Positions 28,529 through 37,841 of a stretch of 64,000 bases of DNA are shown here, one piece after another (within the stretch, counting starts at the first letter, position 1; each line of letters begins with the position of its first letter). The notes under the pieces were generated by a model that searched no databases, was not told the DNA's origin, and saw nothing but the letters and a program-made list of their open reading frames with translations. Where the stretch lies: positions 69,558 to 133,557 of the forward strand of contig NZ_JAUNLM010000002.1 in NCBI RefSeq assembly GCF_030532265.1, in the 5' to 3' direction. The position numbers were made by a program, and so were the translations under genes. The stretch comes from Clostridium sp. Lineage in GTDB: Bacteria > Bacillota > Clostridia > Clostridiales > Clostridiaceae.

Positions 28529-29314
28529 ATGGATAATAAATACAAAATATTTGATACACATGCACATTATGATTCTGAGGATTATGATGTAGATAGAGAA
28601 GAAATTTTAAATGAATTAAAAAATAATGGGGTTATTGGAATTTTAAACTGTGCTTCTTCATATGAAAGTATAGAAGTAACTTATAAGCTTACACAAACAT
28701 ATGATTTTATATATGGCGCATTAGGAATTCATCCTGAAAATGCTAATGAATTAACAGATAAAGTATTAAAAGAATTAAGAGATTTAATAAAGTCAAATGA
28801 AAAAATAGTTGCTGTTGGTGAAATCGGATTAGATTATTATTGGGAAGAAAATCCTCCAAAAGAAGTTCAACAAGATGTATTTAGAAAACAAATGAAACTT
28901 GCAGAAGAATTAAATTTACCTGTAATAATACATGATAGAGATGCACATAAAGACACATTAGATATAATGAAAGAATTTCCAAAAGTTAAGGGTGTAGTTC
29001 ACTGTTTTTCAGGAAGTGTAGAGTTTGCAAAAGAATGTATAAAATTAGGATATTACATAGGTTTTACTGGTGTTGTTACATTTAAAAATGCAAAAAAAGT
29101 AGTAGAGGTTGCAAAAGAAATTCCAGTTAACAGAATGCTTGTAGAAACTGATGCTCCATTTATGGCTCCAGTACCAAATAGAGGAAAGAGAAACAGATCT
29201 GATTATATAAAAGAAGTTATAGAGAAAATAGCAGAAATAAGAAGCATGAATCCAGAAGAGTTAAATATTGAGCTTAATAACAATTTTTACAATTTGATTA
29301 ATAAGAAAAAATAA
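28529..29314 (+). CDS. tatD: TatD-family metal-dependent hydrolase
   Basis: IFDTHAHYD, GEIGLDYYW, IIHDRDAH, HCFSG and ETDAPF motifs. ATG 28529 after GAGGGAG. Confidence 0.9.
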   Translation: MDNKYKIFDTHAHYDSEDYDVDREEILNELKNNGVIGILNCASSYESIEVTYKLTQTYDFIYGALGIHPENANELTDKVLKELRDLIKSNEKIVAVGEIGLDYYWEENPPKEVQQDVFRKQMKLAEELNLPVIIHDRDAHKDTLDIMKEFPKVKGVVHCFSGSVEFAKECIKLGYYIGFTGVVTFKNAKKVVEVAKEIPVNRMLVETDAPFMAPVPNRGKRNRSDYIKEVIEKIAEIRSMNPEELNIELNNNFYNLINKKK

Positions 29315-29475
29315 TGTAAACTTAAATGGAATTAATTTACAATTAATTCTCGGAGATACTTAAACAATATACCATGGACGCAGGGAACTCATTTAGTGCT
29401 AAATTTATAATAAAAAAATATATGCATAGCACTGCATTTTCAAGGTTTAGCGCTAGTAAGCAAGAGAGTGTAGAT

Positions 29476-29504
29476 TTGACAAGGTATTAAAAACTAAGTA
29501 TAAT
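29476..29504 (+). promoter_or_regulatory. Consensus sigma-A promoter of the yabE-like gene
   Basis: TTGACA (29476-29481), exactly 17 nt, TATAAT (29499-29504). Confidence 0.65.
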
Positions 29505-29537
29505 GCAAAAGACACTCTTGCCAAAGGAGGGAAATCA

Positions 29538-30593
29538 ATGGTAGAAAAATTTAAAACTTTTATGAAGAAAAGTTTTTCTAACGGTCCGAAGGCAAAAATA
29601 GTGATATTAACTGCAGCTATTGCTGTAGTCATAGTAGCCACTACAGTTGCTACAATGAGAAAGACAGTTAAATTAAGTATTGACGGAAAAGAAGAAACAT
29701 TTATCACATATAAAGGGACTGTTAAAGATGCGTTGCAAGATAAAGGAATAAGTTTATCAGATTATGATAAGGTGCAACCATCCTTAGAATCCAAAATTAA
29801 AGAAGGTCAGGAGATTGCAGTTGATAAAGCTGTGCCGATCAATATTAAGTTTGCAGATAAAGATGTTAAAATTTATTCAGCAGAAGATAATATTGAAGAT
29901 GTTTTATTAACTAGTAATGATCAACTTAAAAAACAAGGAGTAGAATATGTAGATGGTATAGACGAAGTTAAGCCAGAACTAAATACTCCAGTCACAGAAA
30001 ATATGGATGTTAGTATTGTTAAGGTAGAAAGCAAGAAGGTTACAGAACAAAAGGCAATACCTTACGATACCGTAACTAAGAGTGATGAAAGCCTTGAGAA
30101 AGGTAAGAAACGAATTGAAGCTGAAGGTAAAAACGGAAAGCAAGAGGTTACTTACGAAATAGTATATAAAGATGGAAAAGAAGCTTCAAAGAAAGAAGTA
30201 AGCAGTAAAGTTGTTGCAACTCCTGTTAATGCAGTAGTTGTACAAGGTACAAAGAATCCGGTTAATTATATACCAAATAGAGGTGATTCAGTACAATATA
30301 AGAAACACTTAGTTATGGAGGCGACAGCATATTCAGGTCATAGTACTACTGCAACTGGTGTTGCCCCTGTGTACAACCCTGGTGGAGTTAGTACAATAGC
30401 AGTAGACCCAAGAGTTATTCCTTTAGGAAGCTTAGTATATGTAGAAGGTTATGGATATGCTAGAGCATCAGATACTGGTGGAGCTATAAAAGGAAATATA
30501 ATAGATGTTTATTTAAATAGTTCATCAGCATGTAATCAATGGGGAAGAAAATATGGAGTAGATGTTTATATAGTATCTTATCCGGGTGAATAG
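29538..30593 (+). CDS. YabE-like cell-wall protein (TM anchor, DUF348 repeats, G5 domain, C-terminal 3D domain)
   Basis: Repeated IxxxGKE..xTVxDaL modules, a G5-like segment (EAEGKNGKQEVTYEIVYKDGKE) and a 3D domain (ATAYSG..TATG..IAVDPRVIPLGS..SDTGGAIKGNIIDVY). Confidence 0.8.
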   Translation: MVEKFKTFMKKSFSNGPKAKIVILTAAIAVVIVATTVATMRKTVKLSIDGKEETFITYKGTVKDALQDKGISLSDYDKVQPSLESKIKEGQEIAVDKAVPINIKFADKDVKIYSAEDNIEDVLLTSNDQLKKQGVEYVDGIDEVKPELNTPVTENMDVSIVKVESKKVTEQKAIPYDTVTKSDESLEKGKKRIEAEGKNGKQEVTYEIVYKDGKEASKKEVSSKVVATPVNAVVVQGTKNPVNYIPNRGDSVQYKKHLVMEATAYSGHSTTATGVAPVYNPGGVSTIAVDPRVIPLGSLVYVEGYGYARASDTGGAIKGNIIDVYLNSSSACNQWGRKYGVDVYIVSYPGE

Positions 30594-30601
30594 TTTGATT
30601 T

Positions 30602-30637
30602 TAAAGAGATAACAGATTAGTTATCTCTTATTTTTTT
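30602..30637 (+). terminator. Intrinsic terminator
   Basis: AAAGAGATAAC/GTTATCTCTT stem followed by T7. Confidence 0.8.
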
Positions 30638-30742
30638 GTATATAATAGTTATGTATTATTATTTGACATGATGTATATATATATGTAAATTATTTATATA
30701 TGAGTGCTAAGAATAAATGATTAGCGAAAGGAAGTAAAGCTT

Positions 30743-31306
30743 GTGGATAAGAAAATTATAAAAGAAGTTATAGTAGTTGAAGGTAGAGATGATATAGATG
30801 CAGTAAAGAAAGCTGTAGATGCTGAACTTATTGCTGTTGGTGGATTCGGAATAAATAAAAGGGTTATAGATAGAATAAAAGAAGCTCAAAAAAGAAAGGG
30901 GGTTATAGTTTTAACTGATCCAGATTTTGCTGGAGAGAAGATACGTAACATAATTGCAAAGAGAGTAAAAGGAATAAAGCATGCATATATAGCTCAAGAG
31001 GATGGATTAAAAGATGGAGATATAGGTGTAGAAAATGCATGTCCAGATGTTATAATAAGAGCCTTAGAAGGTGCAAAGGTTACGCTAGAAGAAAAGCATA
31101 ATGAATATGGTATGGAGGATATGTTTTATTTTAAACTTGCAGCTGATGAAAAGGCTAAGGATAGAAGAATGGCTTTAGGTAAAGAACTTGGAATAGGATA
31201 TGGAAATGCTAAACAAATGCTATCTAGACTAAACAATTACGGAATAGATAAAGAAGAATTTGCAAAGGCTATGCAAAAAGTAGAAAAAGAAATAGGAGAA
31301 ATTTAA
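30743..31306 (+). CDS. rnmV: Ribonuclease M5 (Toprim domain)
   Basis: GTG start after [27 protein letters not shown] Toprim motifs. Conserved position before rsmA. Confidence 0.85.
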   Translation: MDKKIIKEVIVVEGRDDIDAVKKAVDAELIAVGGFGINKRVIDRIKEAQKRKGVIVLTDPDFAGEKIRNIIAKRVKGIKHAYIAQEDGLKDGDIGVENACPDVIIRALEGAKVTLEEKHNEYGMEDMFYFKLAADEKAKDRRMALGKELGIGYGNAKQMLSRLNNYGIDKEEFAKAMQKVEKEIGEI

Positions 31307-31307
31307 T

Positions 31308-32150
31308 ATGGAAATAAAAGATTATAAAACTCAAGAACTTGTAAAAAAGTACAATTTTAAATTTTCGAAGAGCTTAGGACAAAACTTTCTTATAGATGAC
31401 TCAGTTCTTACTGATATAGTTCAAGGTGCTGATGTTAATGATGAAGATTTAGTAATAGAAATAGGACCAGGGGTTGGAACTTTAACTGCTCAGCTTTTAA
31501 ATAAAGCTAAAAAAGTTGTTTCAATAGAATTAGATAATGATTTAATTCCTATATTACAAGAAGAACTTGGAGGTCATCCAAATTTTTCATTAGTACATAA
31601 GGATGCTTTAAAGGTAGATTTCAATGAAATAATTGGAGATGAAAAAAGTGTAAAATTAGTTGCAAATCTTCCTTATTATGTAACTACTCCGATAATAGTA
31701 AATCTTTTAAAAGAAAAATATAATTTTAAAAGTTTAACTATAATGATACAAAAAGAAGTTGCAGAGAGAATAAATGCAGAACCAAACTGTAAAGAATATG
31801 GTTCATTATCATTATTAGTACAATATTACTGTAATACAAAAATAATAAGAAAAGTATCACCAAGTTCATTTATACCAAGACCTAAGGTTGATTCAATAGT
31901 AATAAGGTTAGATAGATTAGATAGTCCAAGAGTTGAAGTTAAAGATGAAAAACTTATGTTTGACATTATAAGAAATTCTTTTAATATGAGAAGAAAAACT
32001 TTATGGAACGGAGTAAAAAATATAGGTATAGATAAAGAAAAGCTACAAAAGGCATTTGATGATGCTGGAATAGATCCAAAGAGAAGAGGAGAAACTTTAT
32101 CTTTAGAAGAATTTGCAAAGCTTAGTGATGAAATTTACAAATATAAGTAA
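31308..32150 (+). CDS. rsmA: 16S rRNA (adenine1518/1519-N6)-dimethyltransferase
   Basis: [17 protein letters not shown] and [10 protein letters not shown] motifs. Confidence 0.95.
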   Translation: MEIKDYKTQELVKKYNFKFSKSLGQNFLIDDSVLTDIVQGADVNDEDLVIEIGPGVGTLTAQLLNKAKKVVSIELDNDLIPILQEELGGHPNFSLVHKDALKVDFNEIIGDEKSVKLVANLPYYVTTPIIVNLLKEKYNFKSLTIMIQKEVAERINAEPNCKEYGSLSLLVQYYCNTKIIRKVSPSSFIPRPKVDSIVIRLDRLDSPRVEVKDEKLMFDIIRNSFNMRRKTLWNGVKNIGIDKEKLQKAFDDAGIDPKRRGETLSLEEFAKLSDEIYKYK

Positions 32151-32199
32151 ATTTCGATTATCATAATAGGTACCTTACTGCATATACTATATTGAATAA

Positions 32200-33315
32200 A
32201 TGTATGCGGAGGTAATGGGGAAATTGGCACATAGTAAATTATATAGAAATTTTATAATTCTACAAGAAGATGAAAGAAGTAAGAGTTCTTCAGATAAGGC
32301 ACTGTCAGGATATGCAAAAATAGAATCAAAAGGGGATAAGTGCAAAATAACATTTTACACACAAAACTTAAAAAAAGAAGATGATTATACTATAGTACTT
32401 ATTTGTTATAAAAAAGATTTAAAGCAAATAGTGGATATTGGTAAACTAAAGGTTAGTGATTCTGGAAAAGGTGAGGCGTGTATAGAATATAATTCTGATA
32501 ATATAGCAGGATTAAATATGCATTATGATAAAATATCAGGAGCTGGTATATGTAAAAAGAAATCAGATGGATTAGATTTTACTATGTATGGATTTATGAG
32601 CGGAGAAAAGTTAGATGACAACTGGAAGAAATGCAAAGTAGTAAAATGTGATTATGATGGACTTAAACCTAAATCAAGAGAGTATATAAAAAGAGAGGTT
32701 ATTGAACCAGAAGTTGAAGAAAAGCATACTGATATAAAAGAGAACTTAGATATAAATCAAAATAAAGAAGAAGTTGTTAAAGAAGAAGTAGAAAATATTA
32801 AAGCTGAACATAAAAACAATGAGGAAGAATTAACAAATAAGTTTGAAGATTATGAAAGAAGTATAGAGATAGAAAATGTAGATCCTTATGATTTTAAATT
32901 AAGAGGTGGTATTGGAGATTTCTTTGAAAACTTAGTTAAAGGTTTTGAGGAAGTTAAAGATGGATTCAAAGAATTAACTTATACTAAATGGTATAAGATA
33001 CCTGTACATGATATAGAGGATATGTGTGATTCAAAAGATTATAATAAATATTCTATTTTATATTATCCTATGATTAATTATTATCCATATATCAGAAAAT
33101 ACGGTTATTTTATGATGGGATATAAATGTGATAAAAAAGGAAACTTAAAGTACTTAGTTTATGCTGTGCCAGGTAAAAAAGATAAGGATGAGCAACCTTA
33201 TGGAGGAAAATCAGGATTTATTACATGGTGTAAGAGAAAAAGTAATGATGAATATGGTTTTTGGTTAATGTTCTATGATTATAAAAATTCAACAATTGTA
33301 GTTCCAGCTAAGTAA
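32200..33315 (+). CDS. Hypothetical 371-aa protein with a central Glu/Lys-rich linker
   Basis: Long open frame with normal codon usage for the window. I recognise no family. Start uncertain (no clear RBS for ATG 32200; ATG 32215 sits too close to GGAGG). Confidence 0.5.
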   Translation: MYAEVMGKLAHSKLYRNFIILQEDERSKSSSDKALSGYAKIESKGDKCKITFYTQNLKKEDDYTIVLICYKKDLKQIVDIGKLKVSDSGKGEACIEYNSDNIAGLNMHYDKISGAGICKKKSDGLDFTMYGFMSGEKLDDNWKKCKVVKCDYDGLKPKSREYIKREVIEPEVEEKHTDIKENLDINQNKEEVVKEEVENIKAEHKNNEEELTNKFEDYERSIEIENVDPYDFKLRGGIGDFFENLVKGFEEVKDGFKELTYTKWYKIPVHDIEDMCDSKDYNKYSILYYPMINYYPYIRKYGYFMMGYKCDKKGNLKYLVYAVPGKKDKDEQPYGGKSGFITWCKRKSNDEYGFWLMFYDYKNSTIVVPAK

Positions 33316-33374
33316 TAAATTTGTAATATACAATAATTTGCAAGTAATATTTGAAAGTATTATAATTTAGATAT

Positions 33375-33404
33375 AATTAGGAGAAGCTTAAGCTTCTCCT
33401 AATT
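33375..33404. repeat. Perfect 30-bp palindrome AATTAGGAGAAGCTTAAGCTTCTCCTAATT
   Basis: Read directly. Forms a 13-bp stem. No T-run on either side. Lies between the 371-aa ORF and lgt. Confidence 0.8.
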
Positions 33405-33431
33405 AGTTATATAGGGTGTTTAGGAGGGAAT

Positions 33432-34190
33432 ATGAGACAAGTACTTTTTGAAATTTTAAATTTTAAGGTTTATAGTTATGGGTTTATGATTGCTATAGGT
33501 GTAATATTAGCATCAACATTTTTTATAAGAAAAGCAAAAAGGTATGGATATGATGAAGATAAGTTATTAAATTTAATAATTGTAACAGTTATATCAGGTA
33601 TATTAGGAGGAAAGTTATTATTTATAATTACTGAATTTAAGGACATAATAAATAATCCGTCAATTCTATTTAATTTTGGTAATGGATTTGTAATATATGG
33701 AGCTATAATATGTGGTGCACTAGGACTATATTTATATTGTAGAAAAAATAGATTTGATTCTATACAATTATTAGATTTTGTTGTTCCTTTTGTTGCTTTA
33801 GCACAGGGGTTTGGAAGAATAGGATGTTTTTTGGCTGGATGTTGCTATGGAAGAGAAACAACACTTCCAATTGGAGTAGTGTTTCCAAGTGGGTCTTTAG
33901 CACCTAGTGGAATACCTTTAATACCAACTCAATTATTTAGTTCCGTATTTGATTTTTTATTAGCAAGTTTTTTGATATGGTATAGCAGAAAAGAAAGAAT
34001 TAAAGGTAGGATACTTGCTGTATATATTATAATTTATAGTATTGGAAGATTTTTTATAGAATTTTTTAGAAATGATCCAAGAGGAAATATATTAATGTTT
34101 TCAACATCGCAATTTATAGCTATATTTACTCTTGTATTAGGAGTTATAATTTACAATTTAGATAAATTTAAAAGGAGAGAAAATAAGTGA
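33432..34190 (+). CDS. lgt: Prolipoprotein diacylglyceryl transferase
   Basis: 252-aa membrane protein with the GRIGCFLAGCCYG signature. Confidence 0.9.
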   Translation: MRQVLFEILNFKVYSYGFMIAIGVILASTFFIRKAKRYGYDEDKLLNLIIVTVISGILGGKLLFIITEFKDIINNPSILFNFGNGFVIYGAIICGALGLYLYCRKNRFDSIQLLDFVVPFVALAQGFGRIGCFLAGCCYGRETTLPIGVVFPSGSLAPSGIPLIPTQLFSSVFDFLLASFLIWYSRKERIKGRILAVYIIIYSIGRFFIEFFRNDPRGNILMFSTSQFIAIFTLVLGVIIYNLDKFKRRENK

Positions 34191-35047
34191 ATAGACGGGT
34201 AATATCAAAATTAGCAATGCTTTGCATTATGGTTGTTATTGGAACAACTATGGTTGGATGTACACCTGTAAATAATGTTTTAGTAAAGCTTGGATTTAGA
34301 AACAATGATTTTGATTATATGAAGACTAATAAGGTTGATGAAATAGTCATAGAGAATAGTCGTGATACTGGTTTTAGATTTGAAGTTACGGATCCGAAGG
34401 CAATAGAGGAAATATACAAAACATTATCAGCAGGAAACCCAGAGCCGGAAAAAAGTTCATTAGATCCTGATTACATATTTGAGATTCATACAGGAGACAA
34501 AGTTAAAAAGTATTATTATGTAGTAGGTGTTAATGAAAGTAGGAGAGGAAACTTTTATGATTCAAATAATGCCTATAAGGTACCAAGAGATTTGGATCAG
34601 ACAATAATTAATAATTTATCATTTATAAGAAGACCTAGAGATTTTAATTCAATATATTATGGTACAATAATGAAAGTAATGGAAATGAATAAAGGTGCAT
34701 TAGGTGATGGTAATCACAAAGTTGGAATTAATATACTAAGTGATTTAGATTGTGTTAAATATTTATTTTCAACAGATTTACAAAAATTCCAAAAGGATTT
34801 ACAAAAAGTAATACCGGGGGCTGAAATAATAAATAATAACAACCAAAATGACTTTAATGTAGTTGTAACTGTTCAAAACATGGGATATAGCACAGATGTG
34901 TTTAGAACATTAATAACTGTAGATAATAAGATTGATAAGACTTACCAAAAATATTATGTTGTAGGACATTATGAATTTAAAAAATGGGAAATTACAGTCG
35001 GAAGCGATGGTAAAAAGCCTGATAATTGGAGTCAAACAAATAAATAA
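34187..35047 (+). CDS. Putative lipoprotein, unknown function
   Basis: GTG start overlaps the lgt stop (GTGA). Signal peptide with lipobox TMVGC. AAAGGAGAG RBS lies inside the lgt 3' end. Confidence 0.65.
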   Translation: MNRRVISKLAMLCIMVVIGTTMVGCTPVNNVLVKLGFRNNDFDYMKTNKVDEIVIENSRDTGFRFEVTDPKAIEEIYKTLSAGNPEPEKSSLDPDYIFEIHTGDKVKKYYYVVGVNESRRGNFYDSNNAYKVPRDLDQTIINNLSFIRRPRDFNSIYYGTIMKVMEMNKGALGDGNHKVGINILSDLDCVKYLFSTDLQKFQKDLQKVIPGAEIINNNNQNDFNVVVTVQNMGYSTDVFRTLITVDNKIDKTYQKYYVVGHYEFKKWEITVGSDGKKPDNWSQTNK

Positions 35048-35061
35048 GGGAGGATTTACAT

Positions 35062-35865
35062 ATGAATAATGCTCAAAAAGCTACAATGAATCCATTTGGT
35101 AAAAAGCCAAAGTATGGAAAAATAAAAAATGTAATAGGGATAATAAGTGGAAAAGGTGGAGTAGGAAAATCTACTGTAACAGGAATAACTGCAACTATGC
35201 TTAGAAAAAAAGGTTATAAAGTTGGAGTTTTAGATGCAGATATAACAGGACCATCAATGCCAAGATTTTTTGGTATAAATAATGAAAGAGCGCAAATAAT
35301 ATCATTAGATGAACAAAATATAAAGTTCATTCCAGCTACAACTAAGAGTGGAATAAAGGTTATGTCAATGAATCTTTTAACAGAAGTTGAAGATGATCCT
35401 GTTATATGGAGAGGTCCTGTAATAACTGGAGTTTTAAATCAAATGTATTTTGATACAGAGTGGGGAGAGTTAGATTATCTTCTAATTGATATGCCACCTG
35501 GAACAGGAGATATAGCGCTTACAGTTATGAAGGAGTTCAATGTTAAGGAACTAATAATAGTTTCTACACCACAGGATATGGTATCAATGATCGTTAAAAA
35601 GGTTGTAAAAATGGCTGAGAAAGTAGGCACACCTATTAAGGGTGTAGTTGAAAATATGGCTTATATAACTTGTGATAGCTGTGACAAAAAGCTAAGAGTA
35701 TTTAGTAAAAAGTCAGCAGAAGAGCATGCAGAATACCTTGGTTTACCACTTTTAGGAGAACTTCCAATAAACCTAGAACTTACAGAAGCTCTAGAAGAAG
35801 GAAGAGCTGAGGAGTATGTATTAGATAATGCTCTATATTCATTAATATTTGAAGGCTTATATTAA
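35062..35865 (+). CDS. Mrp/NBP35/ApbC-family P-loop ATPase (Fe-S cluster carrier)
   Basis: GKGGVGKST deviant Walker A, DMPPGTGD, and CDSCDKK Cys pair. Confidence 0.85.
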   Translation: MNNAQKATMNPFGKKPKYGKIKNVIGIISGKGGVGKSTVTGITATMLRKKGYKVGVLDADITGPSMPRFFGINNERAQIISLDEQNIKFIPATTKSGIKVMSMNLLTEVEDDPVIWRGPVITGVLNQMYFDTEWGELDYLLIDMPPGTGDIALTVMKEFNVKELIIVSTPQDMVSMIVKKVVKMAEKVGTPIKGVVENMAYITCDSCDKKLRVFSKKSAEEHAEYLGLPLLGELPINLELTEALEEGRAEEYVLDNALYSLIFEGLY

Positions 35866-35900
35866 TACATACTCTCTATGTATGAGAGGAGTAATTTAAT

Positions 35901-36089
35901 ATGAAAGCTAATGTTGATAAGGATACTTGTATTGGATGTGGATTATGTCCATCAATATGTCCAGAAGTATTTGATATGGATGATGACGGAAAGGCTGTTG
36001 CAATTTCACCTGACGTTCCACAAGAAAATGAAGATGGAGCTAAAGAAGCAGCGGAAAATTGTCCAGTAAATGCAATTAGTGTAGAGTAA
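35901..36089 (+). CDS. Small mono-cluster ferredoxin
   Basis: 62 aa. CIGCGLCPSICP plus a distal CP (ENCPVNAI). Confidence 0.85.
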   Translation: MKANVDKDTCIGCGLCPSICPEVFDMDDDGKAVAISPDVPQENEDGAKEAAENCPVNAISVE

Positions 36090-36090
36090 T

Positions 36091-36125
36091 AAAAATAGCA
36101 AGCTTATATAAGCTTGCTATTTTTA
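36091..36125. terminator. Bidirectional intrinsic terminator
   Basis: ATAGCAAGCTTA/TAAGCTTGCTAT stem flanked by an A-run and a T-run. Confidence 0.8.
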
Positions 36126-36329
36126 TTAAAAGAAGTCATTCATAAGAGGATTTATTATATAATTAGAAAAGTTATGATTACTTGGTGAAGATGAGTTATC
36201 AAAAGATACAGATATATAATCTCCAATAGATGCACCAGCTATTTCGCATAAAGGGCGTGAAATCAAGGTGCCATTTTCTAATTCTATAAATGCCTCTAAA
36301 TTATTTATATCTAATATTTTACCTCGCAT
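36126..36329 (-). CDS. 67-aa hypothetical protein (DUF3006-like N-terminus, weak)
   Basis: AAAGGAGG RBS. MRGKILDINNLEAFIELENGTLISRP resembles the small beta-barrel DUF3006 pattern. Low certainty on the family. Confidence 0.5.
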   Translation of the reverse strand: MRGKILDINNLEAFIELENGTLISRPLCEIAGASIGDYISVSFDNSSSPSNHNFSNYIINPLMNDFF

Positions 36330-36382
36330 AACACTACCTCCTTTTTATTATTAGTGTTAGCGTATTTATTAATATATATACA

Positions 36383-36412
36383 AAAAGGATACTAAGTTAA
36401 TAGTATCCTTAA
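36383..36412 (-). terminator. Intrinsic terminator after padR
   Basis: AGGATACTA/TAGTATCCT stem followed by T5 on the minus strand. Confidence 0.6.
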
Positions 36413-36861
36413 TAAATATCATTATATACAATTTTGAACACATCTAATGCTTCTTCAATTTTAGATTTAAGCAAAGATTTTTTTCTTAAGTATTCTTTCT
36501 TTCCTTCATTTGTTAAAGAATATATTTTTCTGAATTTCTTTTTAGGATCATCCCATTTCCAAACTACAAGACCGTCTTTTTCTAATGATTTTAGAATTGG
36601 ATATATTCCACCTGTACTAGGAATCCATTTTCCTCGTGTACGCTCTCCAATTGAATGTGAGATATAACTACCTGTGGCTGGTGTAGAATTCAATATATGA
36701 AGAACATAAATGGATAATAAACCTTTTGTAAAAACTTGACCCACAGCATCTTTTTCTTTTTTTACTTTTTTAAGTTCCATCATATTTCTTTTATATTCTT
36801 CATAGAGTCTTTTTTCCTCAGCCTTTATATCCATTGAGTCAGAAAAATTTAAATTACTCAT
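36409..36861 (-). CDS. PadR-family transcriptional regulator
   Basis: Winged-helix pattern YVLHILNSTPATGSYISHSI..GGIYPILKSLEKDGLV..W. Confidence 0.8.
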   Translation of the reverse strand: MSNLNFSDSMDIKAEEKRLYEEYKRNMMELKKVKKEKDAVGQVFTKGLLSIYVLHILNSTPATGSYISHSIGERTRGKWIPSTGGIYPILKSLEKDGLVVWKWDDPKKKFRKIYSLTNEGKKEYLRKKSLLKSKIEEALDVFKIVYNDIY

Positions 36862-36863
36862 AA

Positions 36864-37709
36864 TTATACCTCTTGGACTACAACTCCTAGTAAACCAGGA
36901 CCAGTATGAACTCCAAGAGAAGGTCCTATTGTAGCTGGCGCGATAGATTCTATATTATCAAGTTTTGAGATAGCATCATATAAAGCATTAAATTCTTCAT
37001 CAGATGAACCACCACATAGAACCCAAACTTTGCTTTTACCCTTTTCAAGGTGTTCTTTTGCTATTTTTACTAATTTGTTCATAGATTGCTTTCTACCACG
37101 AACTTTAGCAAATGTATAATAAACACCTTCATCATTAACTGATATTATAGGTTTTAAATTTAAGATTTCTCCGATAGTACCTGCTACTTTTCCTATTCTT
37201 CCACCTTTTTTTAAGTATTCTAATGTGTTTATAGTAAAGTATCCATGAGTTTTCTTACGAAGTTTTGGAAGTTCCTCAATTATTTCTTCAAAAGTTTTAC
37301 CTTCTTTAACTAATTGAGCGGCATTTAATACTAATGCACCTTCAGCCATACTAAGAATTTTAGTATCAAAAACATAAGATGTTAATTTAGGGTGATCTTC
37401 AAGTGCTAATCTTATAGCATTACCTGTACCTGAAAGCCCACTTGAGATTGTAACTGCAATTACATGAGTGTAACCTTCTTCTTCTAATTTATTAAGAATA
37501 TTTTCTATTCTAGAAGCACTTGGTAAAGAAGTTGTAGGAATTTCTTTTTCTAATGATTCATAAACCTCTTTTGGACTTATATCTATTTTATCTTCAAATT
37601 CTCCATTAGAATATATTATTCTAAATGGTGCAAACTCTATGTTATTTTCTTTTAATTGTTCTGTAGTTAAATCTGATCCACTATCAGTTAAAATGGCAAT
37701 TTTTTGCAT
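36864..37709 (-). CDS. DegV-family fatty-acid-binding protein
   Basis: MQKIAILTDSGSDL start and SSGLSGT motif. 281 aa. A 2-nt gap to padR implies one operon. Confidence 0.85.
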   Translation of the reverse strand: MQKIAILTDSGSDLTTEQLKENNIEFAPFRIIYSNGEFEDKIDISPKEVYESLEKEIPTTSLPSASRIENILNKLEEEGYTHVIAVTISSGLSGTGNAIRLALEDHPKLTSYVFDTKILSMAEGALVLNAAQLVKEGKTFEEIIEELPKLRKKTHGYFTINTLEYLKKGGRIGKVAGTIGEILNLKPIISVNDEGVYYTFAKVRGRKQSMNKLVKIAKEHLEKGKSKVWVLCGGSSDEEFNALYDAISKLDNIESIAPATIGPSLGVHTGPGLLGVVVQEV

Positions 37710-37749
37710 ATAAATACCTCCTATTAAAATGATTAAAGCAAGTAAACTT

Positions 37750-37798
37750 TATCACTACTGATAATATAAACTATATCATTACTGATATAGTTTAGCAA
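37750..37798 (-). promoter_or_regulatory. degV-padR promoter (TTGCTA-17-TATAGT) with two TATCA-N4-TGATA palindromes
   Basis: Minus strand: -35 at 37798-37793, -10 at 37775-37770. Palindromes at 37774-37787 (overlapping spacer and -10) and 37750-37763 (just downstream of the predicted start site), 24 bp apart. Confidence 0.5.
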
Positions 37799-37801
37799 TA
37801 T

Positions 37802-37832
37802 AAAAGAAATTATTATTAAAATAATTTCTTTT
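37802..37832 (-). terminator. Intrinsic terminator after the DUF3048 gene
   Basis: AAAAGAAATTATT/AATAATTTCTTTT hairpin. Confidence 0.65.
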
Positions 37833-37841
37833 ATAAAAAAA

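Noticed and set aside
29315-29475. A possible c-di-AMP (ydaO-type) riboswitch upstream of the yabE-like 3D-domain gene, since such genes often carry one.
   Set aside because: I could not find the conserved ydaO blocks. ACGCAGGGAACTCA is only a vague resemblance. In addition, a consensus TTGACA-17-TATAAT promoter sits only about 35 nt before the start codon, which leaves no room for a leader aptamer.
29461-29520. An inverted repeat CAAGAG(A)GTGT ... ACACCTCTTG flanking the yabE-like promoter could be an operator pair or an RNA hairpin.
   Set aside because: It is only 10 bp with a bulge and has a 40-nt spacer containing the whole promoter. The left arm would not be transcribed from that promoter. 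The evidence is too weak to call.
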